The notes under the pieces were generated by a model. It did no database searches. It was given only the letters and a program-made list of their open reading frames with translations, and had not been told where the DNA came from. A stretch of DNA of 64,000 nucleotides. Source: Sphaerodactylus townsendi. Its lineage: Eukaryota. The DNA is taken from the NCBI RefSeq assembly GCF_021028975.2, contig NC_059428.1:148242001-148306000 (forward strand), in the 5' to 3' direction. The stretch's first letter is position 1; the number at the start of each line of letters is the position of its first letter. Below, in pieces: positions 34,101-46,560 of the stretch. A program made the translations under genes and the position numbers.

Positions 34101-37100
34101 TACCTCACAAGGTGTCTGTTGTGGGGAAAGGAGCTTATAAGCCACCTAGCTGAACCTAGCTGTTAAACAGGTTCGTGCCAGCAACCCCTTGTACCGTGGC
34201 GGCGAACCTTTGGCACTCCAGATGTTATGGACTACAATTCCCATCAGCCCCTGCCAGCATGGCCAATTGGCCATGCTGGCAGGGGCTGATGGGAATTGTA
34301 GTCCATAACATCTGGAGTGCCAAAGGTTCGCCACCACTGCCTAGTAAAACAATGTGGTGTAGATTAGTAAAATATGTAGATGTGCTAGCAAGGCTGTTCC
34401 AAGCTGGCTCTCGTTTACTGCATCGGGCGGCATTGTTCAAAAAGCAACAGGCACGCAAACACACTGACCCGCCATTCTTCTTGGTCTTCAAGACCATGTC
34501 ACTGCGGCACAAGGGACATTTTCGGACAGGGTCCGGCATAGCTGGGTACATTTCTTCTTGGGCGGCGTGGGTCGCTTCCCCGAAATACTGAGACAGCGCC
34601 TCGTCCAGCCTGGGGAAGAAAAAGTTGCCAACTGTTACGCTCCAGAGCAGGGATCCCCCACCTTTTCAAGTCTGTGGGTGCCTTTGGGATTTGAACACCA
34701 CGGAGTGTGTGTAGCTACAAAAGAGCAGAGCCAGACATAGAATAGCTGCCACAGCTTACTTTCCACCACTAAATGAAGATTCCTCCTGCTTTCAAAGCCA
34801 CCTTATTAAAAAAAAATCTGCAAGGCCAATTAGATCTTCAGTGGCCAAACTGAGGCTTCGCTGGTCCAAAACCCCATCTGGCATCCCCCACTTTTGAAAG
34901 GCACTTGGTGGACGACATGCTGTGGAGCTGCAGAGCTCCTTGACGTGAAAAGTGATGTTTCTTGTGGGTAGATACTAAGGCAGGGGTGTCCAACTCTGGC
35001 GCCCCAGATGTTCATGGGCTACATAAGAAAGAGCCAGCTGGATCAGACCAGAGCCCATCTAGTCCAGCACTCTGCTACTCGCAGTGGCCCACCAGGTGCC
35101 TTTGGGAGCTCACAGGCAGGATGTGAAAGCAATGGCCTTAAGAACATAAGAAAGAGCCTGCTGGATCAGACCAGAGTCCATCTAGTCCAGCACTCTGCTA
35201 CTTGCAGTGGCCCACCAGGTGCCTTTGGGAGCTCACATGCAGGATGTGAAAGCAATGGCCTTCTGCTGCTGCTGCTGCTCCTGAGCACCTGGTCTGTTGA
35301 GGCATTTGCAACCTCAGATCAAGGAGGATCAAGATTGGGAGCCAGAGATCAACTTCTCCTCCATAAATCTGCCCAAGCCCCTTTTAATGCTAACCAGGTT
35401 AGTGGCCATCACCACCTCCTGTGGCAGCATATTCCAAACACCAATCACACGTTGCGTGAAGAAGTGTTTCTTTATTAGTCCTAATTCTTCCCCCCAGCAT
35501 TTTCAACGAATGTCCCCTGGTTCGAGTATGGTGAGAAAGAGAGAAAAAATTCTGCCAACATGCTGGCAGAGGCTGATGGGAATCATAGTCAATGAGCATC
35601 TGAGGCACCAGAGTTGGACACCCCTGTACCAGCAGAGTCCCTCTGGCCATGGTGGGTGCAGGAAAGGAAGGCGGGAATCCAGACCCAGCTGGGTCAGATG
35701 CAAGCGCTACACCCAAGCGCACAGAGCACAGAATTGAGGCCAAGCTACGCAAGGTGTTATCAAGCAGAACAGAAATCGAGGATCTGTTTAGAGTGGCAGG
35801 CTTAGCCACGCTGGGGAGAGAAGTGCGACACAGATAGCAAACCGAGCAACAAACACAGGGGAGGGTTCGGGGACACACTTGTTTGCCTTCTCCACGGCTG
35901 CGATGAAGATCTGCTTGTACTTCTGGACCTGCTCTCTCAGCACCCGCGATTTGTCCTTCTTGCCCTCGCAAATGAGCTTCAAGTCGGCTTCCAGCTCAGC
36001 CCGGAGGTCCGGCTTGGACATCTCATATCCCATGGAATCGTAGCCTGGGGAACATATGAAGACAACCTCGTCCCGAGAGCCCAAATGTCAGCCCTCCCGA
36101 GCTCAGAATTCCACACTCTTGCTGGGGGAGGCCGTGGCTCAGTGCTTGAGACTCCGTCCGGCACGGAGAAAGTACCAGGTTCGATCCCCGGCATCTCCAG
36201 TTAAAAGAACCAGGCAGGAAAAATCTCTGTCTGAGTCCCTGGCCAGCAGCTGCCAGTCGGAGTAGGCAATGCTTGAGACTCAGGAGAGCAGCTGCCAGTC
36301 AGAGGAGGCAAGACTGACCTTGTTGCACCAGGGTTGCTCGGCAACCCCATCCCCTTCCAACTCAGTGGGGGGGGGGGGGTGAGTGAAGAGGAGGAAGCAA
36401 TTGCATCAACAGCATGGTGTCATTTCCAGGTGAACCTGGAAGTGAGGTCATGTTGCTCTAGGGTTCAGAGGGACCTCTGTGGCAAAACCCCAGAAAAGAC
36501 ACCACGTCGTTGATGCAATGGTGGAAAGGTTATCCCCGTACATATGCCCTTGTGTGCCAACCAGGGCTATCGAGCAGCCTTCCATTGGCTATCCCACCTC
36601 TCGGCGTGGCCTGTCTGGTGTCTTTTCCAACGGGCTCCCTAAAAAGGTGAGCTCCATCTTTAGAGGTGCTGAAAGGCCTCCCTGTTTGCCTGGGCTTTTG
36701 AGAAGAAGAGTTGGATTTACATCCTCCCTTTCTCTCCTGTAAGGAGACTCAAAGGGGCTTACAAACTCCTTGCCCTTCCCCCATCACAACAAACACCCTG
36801 TGAGGTAGGTGCGGCTGAGAGAGCTCCGAAGAACTGTGATTAGCCCAAGGTCACCCGGCTGGCGTGTGTTGGGAGTGCACAAGCTAATCTGGTTCCCGAG
36901 ATAAGCCTCAACAGCTTATGTGGCAGAGCAGGGAATCAAACCCAGTTCCCCAGATTAGAATGCACCTGCTTTTAACCACTATGCCACTGCTTTCTGTCCC
37001 TTCCTGAACGTTCCCCAGCCTTTACATTTCCGGGCACCCTCCTCACCTTCCACCAGTCCCATCCCCAGGTGCCCCGGAAGAAACCTCTGGTCTGGCGTGA

Positions 37101-40100
37101 GACCCACATACGTGCGGGACTTGATGGTCTCAATGTGCTCTGCGTGAGTGGCGTCGGTGCCTGAAAAAAGAACTTTTCGTTGTGGAGAAACCAAAGAGAA
37201 CTTTTGAATTCCCGCCTTACCCCACCTTTGTGCAACTTTAATTTTTGTTGCGTGCTGTTGTTTTGCCGGCAGGCTCAATAGCCTGAGGCTGGGCCGATCT
37301 TCTCAGATCTCCCATGCTAAGCAGGGTAGGAGCTTGGGAGACCGCTGGGGAAGACTCTGCAGAGAAAGCCAATGACAAACCACCTCTGCTTTCATCGCTT
37401 GCCTTGAAACCTCCCCCTCCCCAAGGTGTCTCTCTCTCTCTCTCTCTCTCTCGCACACACGCACGCACGGGGTAGTCTGATCCTGTCAGAGCTTAGAAGG
37501 GAAGCAGGGCTGGCCCTGGTTAGTACTTGGATGGGAAACCACCAAGGACAACCAGGGTTCCTATGCAGAGGCAGTCGATGGCAAACTACCTCTGTCCATC
37601 TCTTGCCTTGAAAACCACCTCCCCATTACAGACACCTTGTGAGAGGCAGGTGAGGCTGAGAGAGTTCGGAGAGAACTGTGACTAGCCCAAGGTCACCCGG
37701 CAGGAATGTAGGAGTGTGGAAACACATCTGATTCACCAGATAAGCCTCCGCCACTCAGGTGGAGGAGTGGGGAATCAAACCCAGTTCTCCAGATTAGAAT
37801 CCACCTGCTCTTAACCACTACACCACGCTGGCTCTCGTTTAGGGTTTAAAGTTCGGGGTTTCCGGACTGCTCGAAAGGAGTTGTGCCGTTTCATGCCTCC
37901 TTTGAGCTGTAAAACCCGGTACTGACCGATGCCATGTTTCTCCATGAGGGAAATGAGATCAGCTTCCGTGAGCAGCTGGGGCGGGCTAGTCTCCCCATCG
38001 ACCATCTCCACGCTGGTGGGCTGAAAGCGAGACCCCTTCTCGTACACAGGGAGAACCTACAGGAGGTTTCGTCGGGTGGGGAAGAAAAGTGGGGAGGCAG
38101 AGAGGGCCAAACAGTGAAACGGGGTTTCATGGGAGGAAAATAAAACTCAGGCTACTGTCGAAGGCTTTCATGGCCAGAATCACTGGGGTGCTGTGGGGTT
38201 TCCGGGCTGTATGGAGACTCGGAAACTACAGCCCGGAAACTCCACAACGCCCCAATTGGCACTGCACGAGCTAATCTAGTTAACCAGATAAGCCTCCACA
38301 GCTCAAGTGGCAGAGCGGGGAATCAAACCCGGTTCTCCAGATTAGAATCCACCTGCTCTTAACCACTACAACATGCTGGCTCTCTCATCTGGGATTAAGC
38401 AGAGTCTGGGTCATCTCTATAACAGCTCCCGAGCTGTGGAAAATGCATTGCACCATTCCCGTCTACCCGCTTTCCCGCTGGGCGCTTCACCGTCACCTTA
38501 TCGCTCCACCTCTCGTACGGATAGACTTCCAGGTAGTTCCTGGCCAAGATCATCAGCCCATGAGCGACGAAGCGTTCGTTGGCGATGTCGATCTCTACCG
38601 TTGTTTCCTGCCCCTTGGCATCCTGGGAGCAGCAAGCCAGGAAGTGGCGCACGATGAACTCGTACAGTCGCTGCTCGTCCCCCTAACGGCCGGCAAATGG
38701 AACGAAGAGCGACAAGAAAATGAACTGTGGCTGGAGAGGACGGCAAACGCCCCGTCCTGCGCCACCTCCATTCTGAGGCAACATCAGGACACAGTGCGAA
38801 CATGCATGTTTTCTCAACCTGACTTCATGTGGTGGTTGAAAGGATAAAACAGCGGAGGGGAGTTTGAAAGCTCGCCTATTCTCGGACATCTCCAGAGACC
38901 CTGATTTGGGTAGATCTGCCTTGTGAGATTAGGTGGAATGTAGGAGTGTGGAAACACATCTAGTTCACCAGATAAGCCTCCGTCACTCAGGTGGAGGAAC
39001 GGGGAATCAAACCCGGTTCTCCAGGTTAGAATCCACCTGCTCTTAACACCACTACACCACACTGACTAGCTCCCCCAGTGCCAACCTGGGCTGGCAAGCC
39101 TGCAGTGGGCTCACCCGCCAAGGCAGCCGTCCCCTCCCCCAGCCTAACCAAGTCACATTTGTGTCATATCTGGCCTTTGTAATAAACTCAACCTTGCTGC
39201 CCTGCGGGGTTGCCTGAAGCCGGCTGCAACTCGAGGACACGTTTCAACACCCACGTAGTTTATGCTGTTTTTCAATTGTTTAAATACTTTGTGTTTGGGA
39301 TGAGGGGGCTGACTTGAAGGTATTGAAGTGTGATTTTCATCACATACATTTTCAACCGTTGGCCGCTCTCATGGCGGTGACAAGGCAAGGTCCAAATTCT
39401 GTCAACAAATACAAGTATCGTCGCAAGGCCCTTTGGGTCCCCACACTCCACACGCTTTCCGGCAGCGGCAAGTAAACTCACAAATGCATAAAACGATGAC
39501 AGGCCACTTTGAACACGCAACTCAGCGACGTGACGCAAACAACACGGAGAGCATCTCTGCAGCCTCACCTGCAAGTTGACGGCGTATTTTGTGGGATGAA
39601 TGGGAGGGTGGGCCTGGTCGGTTTTGGTCCCGTTCCGGGGGTTTGGGCCCCCCTGGTCGAGAATCCTTTGTGCAAAAGTTCCCCAATGGGGGTCCTGGGT
39701 CTGCAGCTGCACCAAGCTGGGGAGGTTCATGCCTTTGGGGAAAATATTGGTCTCCGTTCGAGGGTAGCTGATGTACCTGTTTAAAAGCGGGGGGAACAGG
39801 GGTGGGGAAGGAAAGAAAAAAACCAAATGTTCTCGGTTGGCTTCCTAGTTTGCCCTTGGAGCTGGATTCCAAACACCAACAAAGCAGACGAAATATATAA
39901 CGATGTCGGAATTTGATTTAGCTCAAAGTAGCACAATCTACTGCTCTGCCTTCTGCCACCCCTTTTTCAGAAGGAAAGGTCGCTTGTTCTGTACCACCCA
40001 TGTCAAAAAAAGATGGATTTATTTATTTTTACCCCTGAGTGTACAGCTTCTCGGCAATCCTCATGGTTTCTTTGGCATTTATTCTCAGTTTACGAGAAGC

Positions 40101-43100
40101 CAGCTTCTCAAGTTCCTGCGACAGACAGTGGCAAAGGAAAATACACACCATCACTGCAAGATAAAGGGAACACAATATACTGGGGTTGCTTGAAGATTCT
40201 GGCAGAACCACCTTTTCCCCTCTTACCCATGTATCTACCAATAAAGGCTGCTTAGCCTATAAGTTACAGAGCCTGATTTGGATCATAGATCCAGGGTTTG
40301 ACAAATCGATAACACGATTTTGATTCTACCCAAGTCGGTTTATCAGGAGGATCATGAAACGTTACACACAGAGGTTTTCACACAGAGGTTTAGTTACAGG
40401 GATCACTTGTTTGATTCTGGGGCCTTTCCTAGGAACATTTCAAAATGGGGTGTTTTTTTCCTGAGCGTACCACGGTGTCCAGAGGCAAGGGCCTCCATTT
40501 GCTTTTGGGCTTGCTCCCGATCTCCACCACGGTGGCCACCGGATCCTAAGAACACCAACAAAAGAAGAAAGCTGGAGAGGGGATCTCTGGACATTTCTGA
40601 ATACTAAGAAGGTATCAGTTGGCCTCCTACCTCCATGCAAATCTGGTAGAGAACAAGGCAGGCTGTATGGTTGAAGAGGCGGTTCCTCTTCCAGTGGAAG
40701 TCCACGGTACCCTCTTCGTAATCATGCGTCACTGCAGAGAGAAGATGGTAGCCTCACAAGGAGACAGCGAGAATAAAAGGGGAGGGAAATCCTCACTGAG
40801 GCAAACCGCGTTTCTGTAAAGTGCACATTTATGATCTGAGCATTTCCAAATTCCCAACCTCCCACACTCCAGGACGCACCTTTAATCCTGTAAAAGATCT
40901 CAGGCACAAAAGCTTGGATGGCTTTAAACCTTTCCACCACAAACCCCAGCGTGGGGAACTGGCAACTCCCATAGCTGATTAGCTGCTCTGCCAAAACGCC
41001 AGGGAACATTTTCTGGAGCCTGAGAGTCTGGAATCGGGTGAAGGAAGCACCTGGCCCAAGAAGGGGAGAGAAGCAACAGGAAAACAAAGCAGCAGAGTAT
41101 TGAATTGAAGGCCTGAAAGTAAATAAAGGCCAAAAAACCTACAGTTTTGGAAACTTGACGCATCTACAGACCAAGCAGCTGATCTTTGGGAGAACCCCAT
41201 CAAGGAAGGGACGAACGGTCTCCACACTGATTTTGCTGTCTCCCTTTCGTCTCCCTTGCACTCTAAGCATTCATGCCACACAGCGGGGGTGGCCCATAAA
41301 CTGCCCCATCCCTCTCTGGTCCCATACCTATTCTGAGGTCTAGTTCTTGCCGAACTTCCACCGCATCATTGACATTCGGATCGGGCCGGCCCAGGTTCTC
41401 CCAGGCGTTCCTGATGGCACGTGGTGTGATCTCGGAGAAACGGGCCCGGAATACCTGGAGGTTCGGCTGCACTGTTGACCAGTGAGAGAAAGAGGAAGTG
41501 CTTATCAAGTATTATATCCACAGGTCTTAACAGCACGACATAAAACCATCTTAATAAAAGAAACGCAATGAAAAGAAAATATACAATAATAATAAGAAGA
41601 GCTGGATTTATATCCCCCTTTTCTTTCCTGTAGGAGACTCAAAAGGACTTACAATCTCTTTTCCCTTCCCCCCTCACAACAAACACCCTGTGAGGTAGGT
41701 GGGGCTGAGAAAGCTCAGAAGAACTGTGACTAGCCCAAGGTCACCCAGCTGGCATGTGTTGGAGTGCACAGGCTAATCTGACTTCCCCAGATAAGCCTCC
41801 ACAGCTCAGGCAGCAGAGTGGGAAATCAAATCCAGTTCCTCCAGATTAGAATGCACCTGCTCTTAACCACTAGGCCACTGCCGCTACCCAAGTGCCAGTT
41901 TCCAGTTCAACAGAGTTCTTCATCAAGCTCACTGTTACAAAAAAATACATGGAAGGGGAAACCCTATATGTAATGGATGGATTGCATATCCACAAGCAGG
42001 AGGCTTCTCCCCGCCCCGCCCCGCCCCGCCCCGCCCCGCCCTTGCAAGGTACCTGCTTTGCAGACGTGAATGATCTCGTAGCCAATGTTCTCTCCTTCGC
42101 GGTCGCAGTCAGTCCAGATCACCAGCGCTTGGCAGTGCTGGACCTCTCGTTCCAGGGTTCTCTGGAAGTCAGGAACGAGGCAAGTTAAGGGGGACAGGAA
42201 GTGCACCCGCAATGGTGACAGATCCAAGCATGTAAGTGGCAGGTAGAGAGGACATAAACATAAGAACGTAAGAAAGAGCCAGCTGGATCAGACCAGAGCC
42301 CATCTAGTCCAGCACTCTGCTACTCACAGTGGCCCACCAGGTGCCTTTGGGAGCTCACATGCAGGATGTGAAAGCAATGGCCTTAAGAACATAAGAGAGA
42401 GCCTGCTGGATCAGACCAGAGCCCATCTAGTCCAGCACTCTGCTACTCACAGTGGCCCACCAGGTGCCATTGGGAGCTCACGTGCAGGAGGTGAAAGCAA
42501 CGGCCTTCTGCTGTTGCTGCTCCTGAGCACCTGGTCTGCTAAGGCATTTGCAATCTCAGATCAAAGAGGACCAAGATTGGTAGCCATAGATCGACATCTC
42601 TTCCATAAATCTGTCCAAGCCCTTTTTAAAGCTATCCAGGTTAGTGGCCATCACCACCTCCTGTAGCAGCATATTCCAAACACCAATCACATGTTGCGGG
42701 AAGAAGTGTTTCCTTTTATTAGTCCTAATTCTTCCCCCCAGCATTTTCAATGGATGCTCCCTGGTTCTAGTATTGTGAGAAAGAGAGAAAAATTTCTCTC
42801 TGTCAACATTTTCTATCCCACCATGGTCAAGCTATGAATCGGCTTGGCCACTGTGGTTTTCTTCGGAAGCCCGTCTTCTGAAATTAAGCAGGTAGCAGTC
42901 TGGGAGCGGGCTTTCCCAGTAATATCACTTGCAAACGGCACGAGAAACGCAAGAAGATGTTCTCTCACTAGGCAAAGCTCCACTAAAGGAGACAATGGAC
43001 AAGAAGAACAACCCACAGATAATCTTTGTGCAGCAGAACCAACCTTAATATCCACGTAGTTATCAGGGCAGTACTTCTCAATTTCGGCCTCGAAGAGCAG

Positions 43101-45268
43101 AAGCGGGTTGCAGCTACGCCTGGGGGAAACAGCGTCAAGATGAGGTTCGAACATACAAGCTCAAAGCAAGCGATAAAAATGGCGTTCCAGGTTCTGCATG
43201 CATCTCCCAGAATACCAGCTGCCCATTCCTCCTGAGGTTTAAGCGTACGCTTGGGGAAGCATTTATAGGTCCCCTCAGAGATCTATGCTGATATTCACCA
43301 TTTTTTAAATGGCATCTTGAAATCGTGAGCCAGGAGATGTCCCGAAACGGATGTCATCACCACCGTGACATTCTGCGGAAGGCAGAGGAACATAGGTTAG
43401 CTCGGGTTGAAGCTGAGCTAAAGCTCAAAGCCCATTTTGCCCGTAGGTGTGATCTACAATGAAGCCCACCAGACTCAGTCATTGAAAGGAGAGAAATCTG
43501 TAAAGTCGTATCGGCACACTGAAGAATCTGGCTTCCTCAAGAATTAAAAGATATTTTCTGAACCCAGAGACTTCCTTTTCTCCTACAACAACGATAAGCT
43601 GGTTTCTATTCCTCATGATTTTACAGAAATATGAAAACTTGTGACCACCATAGATTCAAAAGCTAGATGTTCGGGAGTCCTTCTCACAATAAAACCTGAA
43701 ATGCCCACAGCAATCTGGTCGAGTATCCGTCTGATTTAGTGCTGCTTGAACAAGCACTGAGCTTGCAAGGTTTCTCTAGGGATATGAGGGCAAATCCAAA
43801 AACCAAATCCGTGTAAAACAGTATATTGTACTGAACCGACCGAACTTTATGTCAGCTTTCCAGTTCAACAGAGTTCTTCATCAAGCTCACTGTTACAAAA
43901 GATGTTTAAAGGTGCTTGCCTGCTACCTTACTGTCTTTTTAAAATGTTGTGCTGTCAAGCCTGATGAAGAGCTCTGATGAACTCAAAAGCCTGTGTGCAG
44001 ATTTTGTGCTGATTTGGTCAGTCCAATAAAAGATGGTACACAGATCTGGGTTGTTGGGTTTTTTTGCATGATGGCAACTGCCCTCCCTCTTGTTCTTGTC
44101 ATCAGCATCTGGTAAGCAGAGGTACACTGTCTCTGGTCATGGAGGCTCCACTTAGCTCCTAAGGCTAGAAGTTCTTGTGGAGTGGGAATACTGCCCTGCT
44201 CCCCTTTTTTATCTTTCTGCTTTAATTAAGTGATGAACATTCCACTAACGCCAGTTTGGTTTTTTTGCGCTATCTTCAGAAATTAAGGTATTTCTGTACC
44301 CTCTTGTCCCGTCCACCAGTGACTGACAACAAAGCATTCACAGTCTTATTTTTCATCTTGCGGTAAGCAGGTATTAAGAGCGACGTGATCACTGCAAAAT
44401 CTTCACTTACAATCTTCCAGAGGTATGTGCACCTTTGCACCTAGCTTGAAAGAAAGAGAAACGCACAACCGCAAAGGCTACCTGGAAACGCACCTCACGA
44501 AACATGTGACATTGATATTCGTAGATCTTGTTGAATTTGGAAAACCCTTCCCTCTAGAAGGAAAGCAGAATTGTAGTGAATAAAAAGCTGCTAGTTCTCA
44601 GTCAATCAAATCAATACATGAGCTCAGTTCAGAGGTAACAGTAAACAGTGTAAATGTTTGCTGCTATCTAAAAACAATTATGACAGAACACAGGGGTGAC
44701 GTGGGGTATAATGGTGATTGTGATATTGGCTACACTTAGTTCTGGCAATAGAAGTCTAAATGCTCATTTCCTGATGCTGTTTCATAATAAAGAGATCAAC
44801 TGAAACCAACCTTCAACCAAAACAGACAACTTTACTTCCGTCTGTGGCAAGAGTCCCACACTTCTGAGAGGATCTCAGCTCACCTGTCCCTCCACCAGTG
44901 GCTGTTTTAAGGTGGGAACCACCTACCAACCACACATCCCACTGGATATGGGCCTTGCCCACCTTCCTTAGACATGTGGGGCAGGTGCTACATTGGAGAA
45001 TAATCCTCTGATGAGGCACAGGTGGAATGTCAAAGAGCCACACACTCAAATCATCCAAAGAATTAAGAATTTGTCCTACCCTCCTCATCCTGCCATTGGA
45101 AAGAATGTCGGCAATCCCCTTCGCAGCGTCGTTCTTCTCTGCCACGCTCAGCACTTTCTGGACGTTTTGGAACATCCTGCCTTCAGCGACCTGAGAGAAC
45201 CAGAGACTTCGAGGCTGGAAGAACCATCTGATCCCACAGTGGCCAAAGAGTTTGGTCCAAAGGATCAT
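31191..45268 (-). CDS. TOP3A: DNA topoisomerase III alpha, ~995 aa; M1 (45268) adds a presequence-like N-terminus, M32 (45175) is the likely nuclear start
   Basis: 19 exons in frame (2988 nt): 45080-45268, 44494-44553, 43299-43372, 43044-43119, 42053-42161, 41328-41471, 40880-41050, 40631-40731, 40471-40545, 40033-40115, 39569-39776, 38497-38682, 37927-38056, 37047-37160, 35879-36044, 34469-34609, 33374-33496, 32159-32835, 31191-31351. TOPRIM motifs VAEK and WTDCDREGE, catalytic YISYPRT, C4 zinc finger, two GRF zinc fingers, C-terminal CCHC ([18 protein letters not shown]). Confidence 0.97.
31455..31562 (+). mobile_element. Penelope-like pLTR fragment with a mutated hammerhead (GAAACAUU)
   Basis: Same sequence family as 1511-1620. 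Confidence 0.7.
31657..31813 (+). mobile_element. Rex1/L2-like LINE 3' tip inserted in a SINE
   Basis: CACACTTGGCCAATAAAG followed by an (ATTCT)n tail; splits SINE 31620-32068. Confidence 0.6.
32846..33358 (-). mobile_element. CR1 LINE 3' fragment
   Basis: ORF2 remnant [16 protein letters not shown]...[13 protein letters not shown]...[25 protein letters not shown]. Confidence 0.9.
33661..33701 (-). ncRNA. Minimal type I hammerhead ribozyme motif (intact core) in Penelope-like remnant 33606-33808
   Basis: Identical to 1401-1441. Confidence 0.6.
34194..34339. mobile_element. Palindromic hAT MITE (young family)
   Basis: ~146-bp fold-back centred on GGCCAATTGGCC; same TIR as 9110. Confidence 0.9.
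35021..35552 (-). mobile_element. CR1-like LINE 3' end with duplicated terminal unit, inserted in an older MITE (34981-35626)
   Basis: [17 protein letters not shown] remnant; ~120-bp terminal unit present twice; MITE TIRs CAGGGGTGTCCAACTCTGG either side. Confidence 0.75.
37472..37620 (+). mobile_element. 5S rRNA-headed SINE with RTE/BovB-like tail (also 4612-4780, 37285-37415, 58015-58135)
   Basis: GAAGCAGGGCTGGCCCTGGTTAGTACTTGGATGGGAAACC matches the 5S internal control region; followed by GGCAAACCACCTCTG...TTGCCTTGAAA. Confidence 0.65.
42009..42041 (-). repeat. (GGGGC)6 repeat just downstream of the TOP3A exon 5 donor
   Basis: (CCCCG)6CCC on the + strand. Confidence 0.9.
42257..42820 (-). 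mobile_element. CR1-like LINE 3' end with duplicated terminal unit; shorter copies at 29510-29632 (+) and 63085-63308 (-)
   Basis: [45 protein letters not shown] remnant; (ACATAAGA) tail. Confidence 0.8.
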
Positions 45269-45300
45269 CCCGCAAGCCGGCTCCCAGCCGGGGAAGTCAT
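45265..45300 (-). other. uORF ([11 protein letters not shown]) whose TGA overlaps the TOP3A M1 ATG
   Basis: Minus strand reads ATG ACT TCC CCG GCT GGG AGC CGG CTT GCG GGA TGA, with the main ATG at 45268-45266. Confidence 0.6.
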
Positions 45301-45889
45301 AGCGATGCTTTGGTACACAGCTTTGTTAAAAAGTCCTTGTTCCTTTGCACAGCCTTTGTGGAAACAACTGAGACAGCAGCGGGGGAATAAAACTCAGTTT
45401 AGCGGAAGCAAGTGGAAACAGGGCGCTCAGTCTTCACCGAAGGAGCCTTCAAAGCTCGCAAAGCTCCAGGACTGCCAAATTTTGGAAGATTTTCTAGGTT
45501 GGGAAACACACACACACACACCCCAATTTTATCCCTCCTACACTTATCAATTCAACTTTTTTTTTGGTTAGGAGTTTAAGCAATTTGTCAGTTTCTGGCA
45601 AGGAAGTGGGGCCCCTCCCTCGCCTTTCTACTTTGCATCTCTCCCCCTGGGGTACATGTCACACACACACACAATCCCTATCTGGGTCTTCCCAAAACTA
45701 GAGTGGCCCCCTACTTAGACCTCTCCCCAACCTCAATGAGGGGGTTCTTCTATTGCCCTCTGCTCAAAAGCCCCCCTTCTCCCCACAGCCACGGGATCTC
45801 CCCCTTTCCCGGCCCCCCCCCCTTTGCCCCCTACCTAAGTTTTCCGCCCCCGTGCCTATTTCTTCCCCTTCTAAACTGAATAAGGCGCC

Positions 45890-46560
45890 TTCCCACCTGG
45901 CAGCCGTATTCCGCAACAGGCGGTGTCGCAAACCGAGCGAGCCAGCGCGGGGTTGTCTATCTGGCGCTTCTTTACGGAAAGACGGGAAACTACAACCCCC
46001 AGAATGCCCCGCGTCCACAAGCTGCTTTTTAATTATTTTAATAATATTCTCGTATAGTGAGTCGTAGGGATTGCGTGACGCTTCCTGACAGTGCCGGTTA
46101 AAAAAATTAAAGAAAAAAAAGAATAAAGGTGTGAGCGACACTCGACCCCCTTCCCAGCATGACCCGCGACTACCAGCCACCGGGTCAATTTATATTTATT
46201 TTTACTATTTCGCTAACCAAAGCTTCCCGCTTCTTCATTTTAATTATTCTTTAATTTAAAAAATGGTGGCATGTGGAAAAGGGGAACATTTTGTTTTACT
46301 TCCGGGTCAGGCGCATCAGAGCGCCCGGCGGGTCACGTGAGCCCAAGATGGCTGCCCGGCGGCTGCAGTGAGGGGGAAGTGACGGTTCTTCGCCCAGGCG
46401 CGGGTCAGAGGGAAGGGCAGAGTCCGGCAAGGGTCGGCTGCGGCTCGGTCCTGGCGCCCACGCCGCCCGGGTTTTGAGGGAGGTCGGAGGGAAGGCCCCG
46501 TTTCCCGGGCAGGGATTGTGGGGGAGGCTGGTGGCTCGTACGGGGCAGGGGGCAAGAGTC
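45890..46560. promoter_or_regulatory. Bidirectional TOP3A/SMCR8 CpG-island promoter
   Basis: ZNF143-type ACTACAACCCCCAGAATGC (~45989-46007) and TTCCCAGCATG (~46151), ETS ACTTCCGG (~46298), E-box/CLEAR-like GTCACGTGA (46332-46340), YY1-type AAGATGGCTGC (~46345). Probable TOP3A 5'UTR intron 45368-45896 and SMCR8 5'UTR acceptor at 46827/46828. Confidence 0.8.

Noticed and set aside
37472-37545. 5S rRNA gene; also tRNA genes at SINE heads
   Set aside because: Partial, diverged and fused to SINE bodies; no complete structure.
46053-46066. TATAGTGAGTCGTA, 14 nt of the reverse-complement T7 promoter
   Set aside because: Incomplete, no vector sequence on either side, embedded in a coherent genomic promoter; treated as coincidence.
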